Shown: positions 10,538 to 19,600 of the stretch, one piece after another
Layout of the letters: each line of letters starts with the position of its first letter
Position numbering within the stretch: position 1 is the stretch's first letter
Notes under the pieces: generated by a model
Seen by the model: the letters and a program-made list of their open reading frames with translations, nothing else
Database searches by the model: none
Told to the model about the DNA's origin: nothing
Assembly (NCBI GenBank): GCA_963727845.1
Contig: CAVSHI010000006.1
Span: 169,558 to 233,557, forward strand
DNA: 64,000 nucleotides
From: Ignavibacteriota bacterium
GTDB lineage: Bacteria; Bacteroidota; Ignavibacteria; UBA10030; SZUA-254
Direction of reading: 5' to 3'
Made by a program: the position numbers and the translations under genes

Positions 10538-11293
10538 ATGACAAAAAGTGAGCTCAAGAAAATCCTTCATGAATTGAAGCTTGGCGCCGTGAGTGAGGAA
10601 GAAGTACTCGAAAGGCTTGCCGCGCTCCGGTTTGAATCGCTCGGCTTTGCGACCATCGACCATCATCGCCGGCTGCGGCAGGGATTCCCTGAAGTAATCC
10701 TGTGCCAGGGGAAAACTCCACTCCAGGTTGCCGGAATCGCGTCGAAAATATCCCGGCATGCGCAACCGCTTCTCGCAACACGGGCGACAGAAGCTCATTT
10801 CAAAGCTGTGAAGAAAAAGGTCCGTAACGCGCATTTCCATGAGTCCGCCCGAGTCATTACTGCCAACGAACCGGAGAAACCGGAAAAAGACCGCGGGTTG
10901 ATTCTCGTGGTCACGGCGGGTACTTCCGACATCCCGGTCGCCGAAGAGGCCGTTATCACCTCGAGGATGCTGGGAAATCCTGTTGACACCCTGTACGACG
11001 TCGGCGTCGCCGGAATTCACCGGCTGTTTGCGCAGAGCGAGAAGTTGTCGAAGGCGGATGTTATCATCGTCGTGGCGGGGATGGAAGGAGCGCTGCCGAG
11101 CGTCGTTGGCGGACTGGTTGACGTGCCGGTCATTGCCGTACCGACGTCGGTCGGATACGGAGCCAGTTTTCAGGGAGTGACCGCCTTGCTGGCAATGCTT
11201 AATTCCTGTGCAAGCGGTATCACCGTCGTGAATATCGACAACGGTTTCGGCGCCGCCTTCGCCGCCAGCATGATGAACAAAGGAAGATCATGA
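10538..11293 (+). CDS. larB: Nickel pincer cofactor biosynthesis protein LarB (PurE-like)
   Basis: DHHRRLRQGFPEV, AGTSDIPVAEEA, DVGVAGIHRL, PTSVGYG, VVNIDNGFGAA. Confidence 0.9.
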   Translation: MTKSELKKILHELKLGAVSEEEVLERLAALRFESLGFATIDHHRRLRQGFPEVILCQGKTPLQVAGIASKISRHAQPLLATRATEAHFKAVKKKVRNAHFHESARVITANEPEKPEKDRGLILVVTAGTSDIPVAEEAVITSRMLGNPVDTLYDVGVAGIHRLFAQSEKLSKADVIIVVAGMEGALPSVVGGLVDVPVIAVPTSVGYGASFQGVTALLAMLNSCASGITVVNIDNGFGAAFAASMMNKGRS

Positions 11294-11297
11294 ATAG

Positions 11298-11445
11298 TTG
11301 AGACGATGAGACATGCAAGCACGTTTACTTGTTTAATCGTTCATTCATTTAGTCCTGCCTTGTTGAGTCGATGGAAGATGGATGATGGAAGTGGGCAAGG
11401 ATGTGTCAGTACATTTTTTAATTTTTCATTTTTAATTTTGAATTG
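11298..11445 (+). repeat. Composite intergenic repeat, copy A
   Basis: 11305-11366 matches the reverse complement of 19501-19562 at 57/62 nt; followed by ATGGAWG and TTTTAAT-type heptamer runs. Confidence 0.85.
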
Positions 11446-11907
11446 AAAGAGTTTTCTGCCGGCGTGGTAGTTTTTCGGAGAGCAAAAGGTGGATTCGAAT
11501 TCCTCCTGCTTGAACACGAGTTGGGCCACTGGGAATTTCCGAAAGGGAAAATCGAGGAAGGTGAGGGAAAACAGGAGACCGCACGCAGAGAGTTGATGGA
11601 AGAAACCGGCATCAATCGTGTATCTTTCGTCGGAGGTTTTCGGGAGACGCTGAAATACTCCTATCGACGCAAGGGGAGAAGCATATTTAAAACAGTTTTC
11701 TATTACCTCGCTGAGACCCGGCGGAAGCGCGTGAAAATCTCTTCCGAGCACCGTGGGTTTGCATGGCTGCCCTTCGCGGATGCGTCCCGGAGACTTACGT
11801 ATAAGAACAGCAAGAATGTTTTGGGAAAGGCGATGGCAGTATTAAGAAACATAAAACGAGAAGATATTTCAGGGTCTCGAACTGAAGTTCGAGGCAAGAT
11901 TGAATAA
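11443..11907 (+). CDS. NUDIX hydrolase, Ap4A-hydrolase-like (TTG start)
   Basis: SAGVVVFR, HWEFPKGKIEEGE...ARRELMEETG Nudix box, ISSEH. Confidence 0.85.
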   Translation: MKEFSAGVVVFRRAKGGFEFLLLEHELGHWEFPKGKIEEGEGKQETARRELMEETGINRVSFVGGFRETLKYSYRRKGRSIFKTVFYYLAETRRKRVKISSEHRGFAWLPFADASRRLTYKNSKNVLGKAMAVLRNIKREDISGSRTEVRGKIE

Positions 11908-11940
11908 AATGGAGTCTATATGTTGACTGACCTCAAAAAA

Positions 11941-13305
11941 ATGAAGTTCCACGAAACCATCCTTACAACCATCGGCAGCACGCCGCTGGTGCGGCTGAAC
12001 AAGATCACGAAAGGATTCAAAGGGCACTACTTTGTGAAGATCGAGAGTTTCAATCCCGGCGGATCGGTGAAGGACAGGATCGGACTCCAGATCATCGAAG
12101 ATGCCGAGGCAGACGGGCGTTTGCGGCCCGGCGGCACCATCGTCGAAGCGACCTCGGGCAATACGGGCATGGGTCTTGCACTTGCGGCGTCGATCAAGGG
12201 GTACAAGTGTGTGTTCACCATGCCCGACAAGATGAGCTCGGAAAAAATCCGTCTCCTCCGCGCGTTCGGCGCGGATGTGGTGGTCACACCCACGGCCGTT
12301 CCGCATGATTCGCCGGAGAGCTACACAGAGGTTGCGAAACGCATCGTCCGGGAGACGCCGAATTCGATACTCGCGAACCAGTTTTACAATCCCAAAAATC
12401 CCGAATCGCATTACAAAACAACGGGCCCGGAAATCTGGGAGCAGACCGGCGGCCAGGTCGATTACTTCGTCTGCGGCATGGGAACCGGCGGGACAATTTC
12501 GGGCATCGGAAAATTTCTCAAGGAAAAGAATCCGAAAATAAAAATCGTTGGAGCCGACCCGAGAGGGTCTGTACTGAGGGAATACCATTCCACTAAGAAG
12601 CTTCCAGCAGGAAAGCCGTACAAAGTGGAGGGCATCGGTCAGGATTGGATCCCGGGAACGCTGAATCTTGAAGTGGTGGACGATATGGTGGAAGTCACGG
12701 ATAAGGAATCGTTTCTCATGGCGCGGCGTATGACACGCGACGAGGGAATATTCGCCGGTGGTTCTTCCGGCACGGCCGTCGCCGGCGCGCTCAAGTACGC
12801 CGACCGCATGAAAGACAACGAAGTGATGGTCATTCTCCTTCCGGATACCGGGGAACGCTATCTAAGCAAAATTTTCAACGACAACTGGATGCGGGAAAAC
12901 GGATTTCTTATCCCGGAGCGGATCACGGTACGGTTTGTCCTGCAAGCCAAGTCGAAAAATGTTCAGCAGCTCATCGCGATCAACCCGGGCGCGACAATCC
13001 GCGATGCGCTCGATCTTTTCGAAGAGCATGATGTGTCACAATTGCCCGTCATCGACAAGGGAAAAGTCGTCGGTACGCTGATCGATAACGACCTGATGTC
13101 GTCGGTACTGGAGGATAACCAGCTGCTCAATGTGCCGGTCAGCAAGGTGATGGATCCGGCCTTTCCTATCATCGGAGCCGACGCACCCATCGACCACGCG
13201 ATCGATTTTCTGAAAAAGAAAGATTCCGCCGTCCTCATCGAGGAAAACCATAAGATCATCGGGATTCTGACACGGTACGATGTGATCGAGTACATGGCGA
13301 GATAA
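11941..13305 (+). CDS. Cystathionine beta-synthase with C-terminal CBS pair
   Basis: ESFNPGGSVKDRIG, EATSGNTG, GMGTGGTISG, PDTGERYLSKIFND, tandem CBS domains. Confidence 0.9.
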   Translation: MKFHETILTTIGSTPLVRLNKITKGFKGHYFVKIESFNPGGSVKDRIGLQIIEDAEADGRLRPGGTIVEATSGNTGMGLALAASIKGYKCVFTMPDKMSSEKIRLLRAFGADVVVTPTAVPHDSPESYTEVAKRIVRETPNSILANQFYNPKNPESHYKTTGPEIWEQTGGQVDYFVCGMGTGGTISGIGKFLKEKNPKIKIVGADPRGSVLREYHSTKKLPAGKPYKVEGIGQDWIPGTLNLEVVDDMVEVTDKESFLMARRMTRDEGIFAGGSSGTAVAGALKYADRMKDNEVMVILLPDTGERYLSKIFNDNWMRENGFLIPERITVRFVLQAKSKNVQQLIAINPGATIRDALDLFEEHDVSQLPVIDKGKVVGTLIDNDLMSSVLEDNQLLNVPVSKVMDPAFPIIGADAPIDHAIDFLKKKDSAVLIEENHKIIGILTRYDVIEYMAR

Positions 13306-13308
13306 ACG

Positions 13309-13556
13309 ATTGCGGATTGGGGATTGATGATTGTGGATTGGAGATTGGTGGCTTGGAGGTGGCAGTAATATTTTGGGTTTACGATTGCCATTTTACGATC
13401 TTGTCATTCCCGCACGTCTTAAGCGGGAATCTAAGTGAGATGCCCGATGAAATCATTCGGGCATGACAGACTTTCTAATTTCTCCATCACTCCGGCACTC
13501 ATTTGTTTTAGCATCTCAATCTCAACTACTAAAAATCTCAATATCTCATAATCTTA
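13309..13556. repeat. Cluster of heptamer/octamer tandem repeats plus a GTCAT...ATGAC double palindrome (13402-13468)
   Basis: GATTGCG-GATTGGG-GATTGAT-GATTGTG-GATTGGA; TGTCATTCCCGC...GCGGGAATCT...AGATGCCCGA...TCGGGCATGACA. Confidence 0.75.
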
Positions 13557-13565
13557 TTGTCTCCC

Positions 13566-14699
13566 ATGCGCCTATCCACCAAAGCAATCCACGCGGGCCA
13601 GCAGCCCGACCCGTCGACCGGCTCGATCATGACGCCGGTGCATCTGACATCCACGTACGTTCAACAGGGCCTCGGCAAAAGTAAAGGGTACGAATACTCG
13701 CGTGTTTCCAATCCCACGCGGACGGCGCTTGAGCAGAATATCGCCGCGCTCGAGAATGGAAAACATGGCATGGCATTCGGCTCCGGCATGGCTGCCATCG
13801 ATGCCATTTTTCGTTTGCTGAAACCGGGCGACCACGCCATCATTTCTCACAATGTGTACGGTGGCACGTACCGCATCGGTAAAATGGTTTTGGAAGAATA
13901 CGGATTGCAGTTCGATTTTGTCGATACGACGAAGCTGGATCTCGTGAACAAGGCGCTCAGGAAGAACACAAAAATGATTTTCATCGAGACGCCGACGAAT
14001 CCGACGATGGAAGTGTCCGACCTGATCGCCATCGCCCGCTTCGCCCGGCGTCACCGTCTCATTTCCGTCTGCGACAATACTTTTGCGACGCCGTACCTCC
14101 AGCGGCCGCTGGAGGCCGGCATCGACGTTGTTGTCCATAGTCTGACGAAGTATCTCAACGGTCATAGCGACATGCTCGGGGGAATCATAGTGACGAGCAA
14201 GCCGGCAATTGAGGAGCGCATTCGTTTCCTGCAAAAAGCGACCGGCGGTATTCTCAGCCCGTTTGACGCATGGCTTTGCCTTCGCGGGACCAAAACGCTG
14301 CCTGTCCGCATGGAGCGGCATGGAGCGAGTGCGATGATTATCGCCAAATGGCTGTCGAAGCAGAAGAAAGTCAGGAAAGTATATTACCCGGGGCTACCTT
14401 CTCACCCGCAGCACAAGCTTGCCGGACGGCAGATGAAGAATTTCGGCGGGATGATCGCGTTCGACCTGGGAAGTCTCGCTGCGGCCAGAAAATTCCTGAG
14501 CAAGGTCCGGCTCTGCGCTCTGGCCGAGAGTCTGGGCGGCGTGGAAACGCTCATCAGTCATCCTGCTACGATGACGCACTCCTCAATACCGCCGGAGCAG
14601 CGCGCGAAGATTGGTGTCACGGACGGATTGGTGAGAATCTCCGTCGGGTTGGAGGATGTGGAGGATCTCATAGCGGATCTGAAGCAGGCGCTGCGGTGA
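13566..14699 (+). CDS. Cystathionine gamma-lyase/synthase family PLP enzyme
   Basis: YEYSRVSNPTR, ETPTNP, DNTFATP, HSLTKYLNGHSD, AESLGGVETL. Confidence 0.9.
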   Translation: MRLSTKAIHAGQQPDPSTGSIMTPVHLTSTYVQQGLGKSKGYEYSRVSNPTRTALEQNIAALENGKHGMAFGSGMAAIDAIFRLLKPGDHAIISHNVYGGTYRIGKMVLEEYGLQFDFVDTTKLDLVNKALRKNTKMIFIETPTNPTMEVSDLIAIARFARRHRLISVCDNTFATPYLQRPLEAGIDVVVHSLTKYLNGHSDMLGGIIVTSKPAIEERIRFLQKATGGILSPFDAWLCLRGTKTLPVRMERHGASAMIIAKWLSKQKKVRKVYYPGLPSHPQHKLAGRQMKNFGGMIAFDLGSLAAARKFLSKVRLCALAESLGGVETLISHPATMTHSSIPPEQRAKIGVTDGLVRISVGLEDVEDLIADLKQALR

Positions 14700-14745
14700 G
14701 GTGGCCGATCACTTCGTAGACGTCAATACTGTTGGATCGCACGCC

Positions 14746-14892
14746 GTCTGAACCACTGATTCTTATGATGAAATGATGAAGATGATAAAAGAAGAGAAGA
14801 GACGGCGAAAGATTCTTGGATTATGTTTACATCACAACGCCTGAAGTTACCATCATGAACATCATTGTATCAGTTTTATCAGCGGTTCAGAC
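14746..14892. repeat. 147-bp miniature inverted-repeat element with internal ATG/CAT-rich short repeats
   Basis: GTCTGAACCACTGAT (14746-14760) and ATCAGCGGTTCAGAC (14878-14892), 14/15 complementary. Confidence 0.7.
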
Positions 14893-15006
14893 AAGAGGTT
14901 GCTATCCAATATATTTTTCCTTACATTTAGTCCACATTTCATGAAACTTGCCCCATGTGTTATATAACGGGAAGTAGCTCCCCATTCTCAGAGAAAACAA
15001 GTATCG

Positions 15007-15477
15007 ATGAAAATTAGCGATATTCTTGAAGAAAAGCTCGTAGTGACGAATCTTTCGGGCGGCACCAAGGACAATATCATCAACTCAATGGTCGATCTGG
15101 TGGGCCAGTCCTCCAAGGTGCTGGACAAGGAAAAAGTACGGGTGGCGATTTTCGAGCGCGAGAAGATCATGTCCACCGGCGTCGGCAACGGGTTTGCCAT
15201 CCCTCACGGTAAGACCGAGGGAGTTTCGGACGTTGTCGCCGCGTTCGGCGTGACGGCGCAGCCCATCGACTACCAGTCGCTCGACGAAAAGCCGGTGCGC
15301 CTCGTCTTCCTGCTCGTCGGCAGAGACAATATGGTCGGGCCACACATCAAGCTGCTGAGTCGCATTTCCCGATTGATGAACAAAGAGGAATTCCGGACCA
15401 AGCTTCTTGAGGTGAAGACGCCGCAGGAAGTGCTGGAGACTTTCCGGAAAGAAGAAGCATCGTATTTTGAAATCTAA
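15007..15477 (+). CDS. PTS EIIA (fructose/Ntr-type) domain protein
   Basis: EREKIMSTGVGNGFAIPHGK phospho-His motif. Confidence 0.9.
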   Translation: MKISDILEEKLVVTNLSGGTKDNIINSMVDLVGQSSKVLDKEKVRVAIFEREKIMSTGVGNGFAIPHGKTEGVSDVVAAFGVTAQPIDYQSLDEKPVRLVFLLVGRDNMVGPHIKLLSRISRLMNKEEFRTKLLEVKTPQEVLETFRKEEASYFEI

Positions 15478-15512
15478 ACTGTTCTGTTGAATCATCCGAA
15501 ATCCTTCCTTCA

Positions 15513-16775
15513 TTGAAATTCAAGTCGATTAAAGGTACGCGGGATATTCTCCCCGAGGAGAGCTATCGCTGGCAGGCGCTGGAACAAAAAGTGCGCTCGG
15601 TGATGCACCTTTTCAATTATAAAGAAATTCGAACGCCGGCTTTTGAAGAGACGGCGCTCTTTGCGCGCGGCATCGGAGAGCTGACTGATATCGTGAGCAA
15701 GGAAATGTACACGTTTCAAGACCGTGGCGGTGACCGCCTCACCCTCAAGCCGGAAATGACCGCTTCCGTCATCCGGTCGTACATCCAGCACAATCTGGGT
15801 GAGCAGCAGCCTCTGACGAAGGTCTATTACATATCTCCGATGTTCCGGCAGGAACGCCCGCAGGCCGGCCGCATGAGACAGTTTCACCAGTTCGGAGCCG
15901 AGGCGATCGGCGGCGCATCGGCCGACATCGACGCGGAAGTGATCGCGCTCTCCGTCGAAGTGTACAACCAGTTCGGCCTCAAGGATATCTCGCTGAAAAT
16001 CAATTCCGTCGGCTGCGAACAGTGCCGGCCGCAGTACAAGGAGTTGCTGAAAAAGTTTTTGAAGGAAAAGTTCAACGAACTCTCCCAGGAAAGCAAGCAG
16101 AGATTCGAACAAAATCCGCTCCGGATCATCGATTCAAAGGACGAAGGCGACCGCAAAATTACGAAAGACGCACCGCTCATGAAGGATCACCTGTGCCCGG
16201 AGTGCGATATGCATTTTTCCCGTCTCCAGTCATCCCTGAAGTCGCTGAAAGTGGACTTCCACGTGGATGGCCGGATCGTGCGCGGACTGGATTACTACAC
16301 CAAGACTGCCTACGAGATCGTAAGCGGAGACCTTGGCTCACAGGATGCGTTGGCGGGAGGAGGACGCTATGACTTGCTCGTCAAGGAACTGGGCGGCAAG
16401 AGCACTCCCGCGGTAGGTTTTGCGGCAGGTATGGAGCGACTCATGATGGTTGTGGAAAAGCAATATTCACTCGACGCCGTCGACGTGCACCCGTTAGTCT
16501 ATTTTGTCGCGGCCGACGGAGAAGGCCGCCGCTGGATTTTCGAACAGGCGTTCGCCCTTCGCCGTGCCGGGATTTCGTGTGACCTGGATATGCTCGACCG
16601 CAGCCTCAAAGCGCAAATGAGGGAAGCGGACCGGCAGCGTGCTGAATATGTTCTCGTGGTCGGCGGAAATGAGCTCCGGCAGCAGTCTGTCAATCTGAAA
16701 AATATGAAAACGGGGGAACAGCAATCGCTCACAGTGTCGGACGTTCTCCGGACACTGCAAGCTCTGCCTCGCTGA
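15513..16775 (+). CDS. hisS: Histidine--tRNA ligase (TTG start)
   Basis: KGTRD, KEMYTF, FRQERPQAGRMRQFHQ, VRGLDYY, GGGRYD. Confidence 0.97.
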   Translation: MKFKSIKGTRDILPEESYRWQALEQKVRSVMHLFNYKEIRTPAFEETALFARGIGELTDIVSKEMYTFQDRGGDRLTLKPEMTASVIRSYIQHNLGEQQPLTKVYYISPMFRQERPQAGRMRQFHQFGAEAIGGASADIDAEVIALSVEVYNQFGLKDISLKINSVGCEQCRPQYKELLKKFLKEKFNELSQESKQRFEQNPLRIIDSKDEGDRKITKDAPLMKDHLCPECDMHFSRLQSSLKSLKVDFHVDGRIVRGLDYYTKTAYEIVSGDLGSQDALAGGGRYDLLVKELGGKSTPAVGFAAGMERLMMVVEKQYSLDAVDVHPLVYFVAADGEGRRWIFEQAFALRRAGISCDLDMLDRSLKAQMREADRQRAEYVLVVGGNELRQQSVNLKNMKTGEQQSLTVSDVLRTLQALPR

Positions 16776-16776
16776 C

Positions 16777-17190
16777 ATGAAACGGACAAAACGGATCAAG
16801 CCCACGGCCTCGGTCGAGTATCGTCTCATCGTCCAGCCAAAATACAAAGAGCGTGAAAATGAATACGTGACCATCGTTGAGCTGCAGACGGCGCTGGAAT
16901 TCAGCAACTTTCGCTACGAAATAGTTGTTCAGGATAGCATCGAAGGCAACTCTCTTTTGCTTGACATCCGCGGACTGCATGCCCCGCGGTCGATCATGCC
17001 TGCGGTCGGTCCGGCGAGATTTCGGAAAGAGTATCCGGTATTGAAAAAGGTCAAGAGAATCACCGTTACGAAAATCGACGGTACCAAGAATACTTTCGAA
17101 GTTTCCATCTCCAAGAAGGATGTCGGTGTGAAGAAGACTCCTGATGAATATTTTGTAGACTTTACTACGCAGCAGTATCAAAGTCAGTAG
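16777..17190 (+). CDS. Hypothetical protein
   Basis: 137-aa ORF starting right after the hisS stop, in operon orientation. Confidence 0.65.
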   Translation: MKRTKRIKPTASVEYRLIVQPKYKERENEYVTIVELQTALEFSNFRYEIVVQDSIEGNSLLLDIRGLHAPRSIMPAVGPARFRKEYPVLKKVKRITVTKIDGTKNTFEVSISKKDVGVKKTPDEYFVDFTTQQYQSQ

Positions 17191-17206
17191 GTGATGCCGC
17201 TTAGAG

Positions 17207-17278
17207 AGATTCCCGATAGACGCGTTCGGGAATGACAAGATAGCCAATGGCAAATTGTAAATCGTAAATCGCAAATCT
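17207..17278. repeat. Half GTCAT-family palindrome plus heptamer run
   Basis: AGATTCCCGA-TAGACGCGT-TCGGGAATGAC; AAATTGT-AAATCGT-AAATCGC-AAATC. Confidence 0.65.
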
Positions 17279-17279
17279 G

Positions 17280-18113
17280 ATGTACCCACGTTTATTCACA
17301 ATCGGTCCTTTCACCGTCTACAGCTTCGGGCTCATGCTCGGCATCGGGTTCATCGTCGCGAGTGCGCTGCTGACGAATGAGCTGAAGAGGAAGGGGCTTG
17401 ACCCGGCGCTCGGCAGCACGATTACGCTCATCGCAGTCGTTTTTGGTGTCGCCGGTTCCAAGATCCTGTACTTGATCGAAAGCTGGGAATACTTCGTGCG
17501 TGCTCCGTTCGAGATGGCTTTTTCTCCCGGCGGGCTCACGTGGTACGGCGGATTTATTCTTGCGACGCTTGTCATCTGGTGGTACGTAAGGAGGAAGGGA
17601 ATTCCATTTCTGAAGATCTGCGATGCTGCCGCACCCGGGCTCATGCTCGGCTACGGCATTGCCCGCATCGGATGCCATCTTGCGGGAGACGGGGATTACG
17701 GGATTCCGACAGATCTTCCGTGGGGGACGGTGTATTCGAAAGGGACGTATCCTCCGTCGGCGGCGTTCAAAGATTTTCCCGAGATTGTTCAGAAGTACGG
17801 TGTGCACGGTGTCGTTCCCGACACGATTCCGGTTCACCCGGCGCCAATGTATGAGTTCCTGATGGCCTGCGCGTTGTTCTTCGTTCTATGGAAGCTGCGA
17901 TCGAAGGTCAACCCGGACGGCACATTGTTCGTGATCTATCTCATTCTCGCGGGCATTGCCCGATTTCTGGTGGAATTCATCCGGCTCAACCCGCGGATTG
18001 CTTTCGGATTGTCGGAAGCTCAACTGATTTCAGCGTTTCTGGTCCTCGTTGGAATTATTGGCCTTCGAGTGTTGTTACATAGTCGTGGGCAGGATGTCGC
18101 GAAGCTGTCATGA
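17280..18113 (+). CDS. lgt: Prolipoprotein diacylglyceryl transferase
   Basis: GGLTWYGG, ARIGCHLAGDGDYG, VHPAPMYE, RFLVEFIR. Confidence 0.92.
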   Translation: MYPRLFTIGPFTVYSFGLMLGIGFIVASALLTNELKRKGLDPALGSTITLIAVVFGVAGSKILYLIESWEYFVRAPFEMAFSPGGLTWYGGFILATLVIWWYVRRKGIPFLKICDAAAPGLMLGYGIARIGCHLAGDGDYGIPTDLPWGTVYSKGTYPPSAAFKDFPEIVQKYGVHGVVPDTIPVHPAPMYEFLMACALFFVLWKLRSKVNPDGTLFVIYLILAGIARFLVEFIRLNPRIAFGLSEAQLISAFLVLVGIIGLRVLLHSRGQDVAKLS

Positions 18114-18364
18114 TTCTCGTTGAGCTGTATTCAAGGGACGATTGCCATCTCTGCGAGGTTGCGAAGTCAGTTCTTCTCGAAGCCCGGAAGAAACAACCCT
18201 TTGAATTCCGGGAGATCAAAATCCATGATGGGGATCGAGAATTTGAACGATTTCGGGAGCGAATCCCCGTGGTGCACATCAACAAGAAGTTTGCATTTCA
18301 ATATCGCGTTCCTGAAAAGGAGTTGCTCGAGAAGCTGCAAACGGCGAGCTCGGGCGTGTTGTGA
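18110..18364 (+). CDS. Glutaredoxin-like (DUF836-type) protein
   Basis: LYSRDDCHLCE, ERIPVV; ATGA overlap with lgt. Confidence 0.85.
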   Translation: MILVELYSRDDCHLCEVAKSVLLEARKKQPFEFREIKIHDGDREFERFRERIPVVHINKKFAFQYRVPEKELLEKLQTASSGVL

Positions 18365-18540
18365 ACATCCTTCCCAAATCTCTTGAAGCACTGGGAATTG
18401 CCTCGGTGATGATCGGGCTGGTACAGGGGTTGTACGGCTCCATGTGGAGCGAATTGTATTTCTTTCTCGGCGGCATTGCGATTTTTTTTGTCGGACGGCT
18501 CTTGGAGAAACGGCACCCGCCGGCGAACAAGAGTAACTAA
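18361..18540 (+). CDS. 59-aa two-TM membrane protein, absent from the ORF track
   Basis: GTG start overlaps the upstream TGA; MNILPKSLEALGIASVMIGLVQGLYGSMWSELYFFLGGIAIFFVGRLLEKRHPPANKSN. Confidence 0.65.
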   Translation: MNILPKSLEALGIASVMIGLVQGLYGSMWSELYFFLGGIAIFFVGRLLEKRHPPANKSN

Positions 18541-18576
18541 CAATAAAAGATAAACTACGGGACAGTTGGTGGAACT

Positions 18577-19422
18577 ATGATTGAAGGTGAAAAAGGAACG
18601 AGCGAGCAGAGGTCGGTACCGTTGTACGTGGGGAAGAAGGAAGAACGATCACCGCTGCGGAGGGTTCATGACCGCAAGCCCACGGTCGACATCATTGCCG
18701 GCCGGCTGCCGGTCTACGAGGCGCTGAGAGCCGGAGCGCTTCTCGAAAAGGTTGTCATCCTCTTTGGAGTCAAGGGAGATCAGATCGAAAAGATCCGCGG
18801 GCTCGCAAAAAGGAATAATGTCCCGGTCATCGAGGTCGGCAAACAACGATTCCGCGAACTCGTGAGCGATACGACCACGCAGGGCGTCGTCGCGATCGTG
18901 GGCGGCAAGAAATACGTCGAGCTGAGTGACATCCTCAAGCATGCCAAAGACCGCAATGAAGTCCCGTTCGTCCTGATTCTTGATGAGATTCAGGATCCTC
19001 AGAATCTTGGTGCCCTCATTCGAACCGCTGAATGCACGGGCATGCATGGCGTCGTGATTCCCAAGCATCACTCGGCCGAAGTGAACCAGACTGTGGTCAA
19101 GACGTCAGCCGGAGCGAGCGAACATATGCTCGTCGCAAAGGTGACGAACATTGTGCAGTGTCTTGAAGACTTGAAGAAGGAAGGACTCTGGGTGGTCGGT
19201 ACGGATTCCAACGGGGATAAGCCGTTTACTCAGGTCGATTACTCCCTGCCGCTGGCGCTGATTATCGGCAACGAAGGCTCGGGGATTCGGAAACTCGTCA
19301 AAGAGAAATGTGATTTTCTTGTGAAGATCCCGCTCTTCGGGAAAATAGCATCCCTTAATGCTTCCGTTGCGGGTGCGCTGGTGATGTATGAAGCATTGAG
19401 AAAGAGGAACCGGTTCTTATAA
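18577..19422 (+). CDS. rlmB: 23S rRNA (Gm2251) methyltransferase, SPOUT family
   Basis: LDEIQDPQNLGALIRTA, KTSAGA, IGNEGSG, SLNASVA. Confidence 0.92.
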   Translation: MIEGEKGTSEQRSVPLYVGKKEERSPLRRVHDRKPTVDIIAGRLPVYEALRAGALLEKVVILFGVKGDQIEKIRGLAKRNNVPVIEVGKQRFRELVSDTTTQGVVAIVGGKKYVELSDILKHAKDRNEVPFVLILDEIQDPQNLGALIRTAECTGMHGVVIPKHHSAEVNQTVVKTSAGASEHMLVAKVTNIVQCLEDLKKEGLWVVGTDSNGDKPFTQVDYSLPLALIIGNEGSGIRKLVKEKCDFLVKIPLFGKIASLNASVAGALVMYEALRKRNRFL

Positions 19423-19600
19423 CAATTAAAAATTAAAAAGTCAAAAGTAAAAAACGTTTTGACATATCTCAAAAATCTCCATCCTCCATCATCCATCCAG
19501 TCAACAAGGCAGAACTAAACGAATGAACGATTAAACGAGTAAACGTTCTTTCATGTCTCATCATCTTCAATTGTCTCATTTCTCCATTACTCATTGCTCA
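19423..19600 (-). repeat. Composite intergenic repeat, copy B (inverted relative to copy A)
   Basis: Same module order as 11298-11445 on the reverse strand. Confidence 0.85.
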
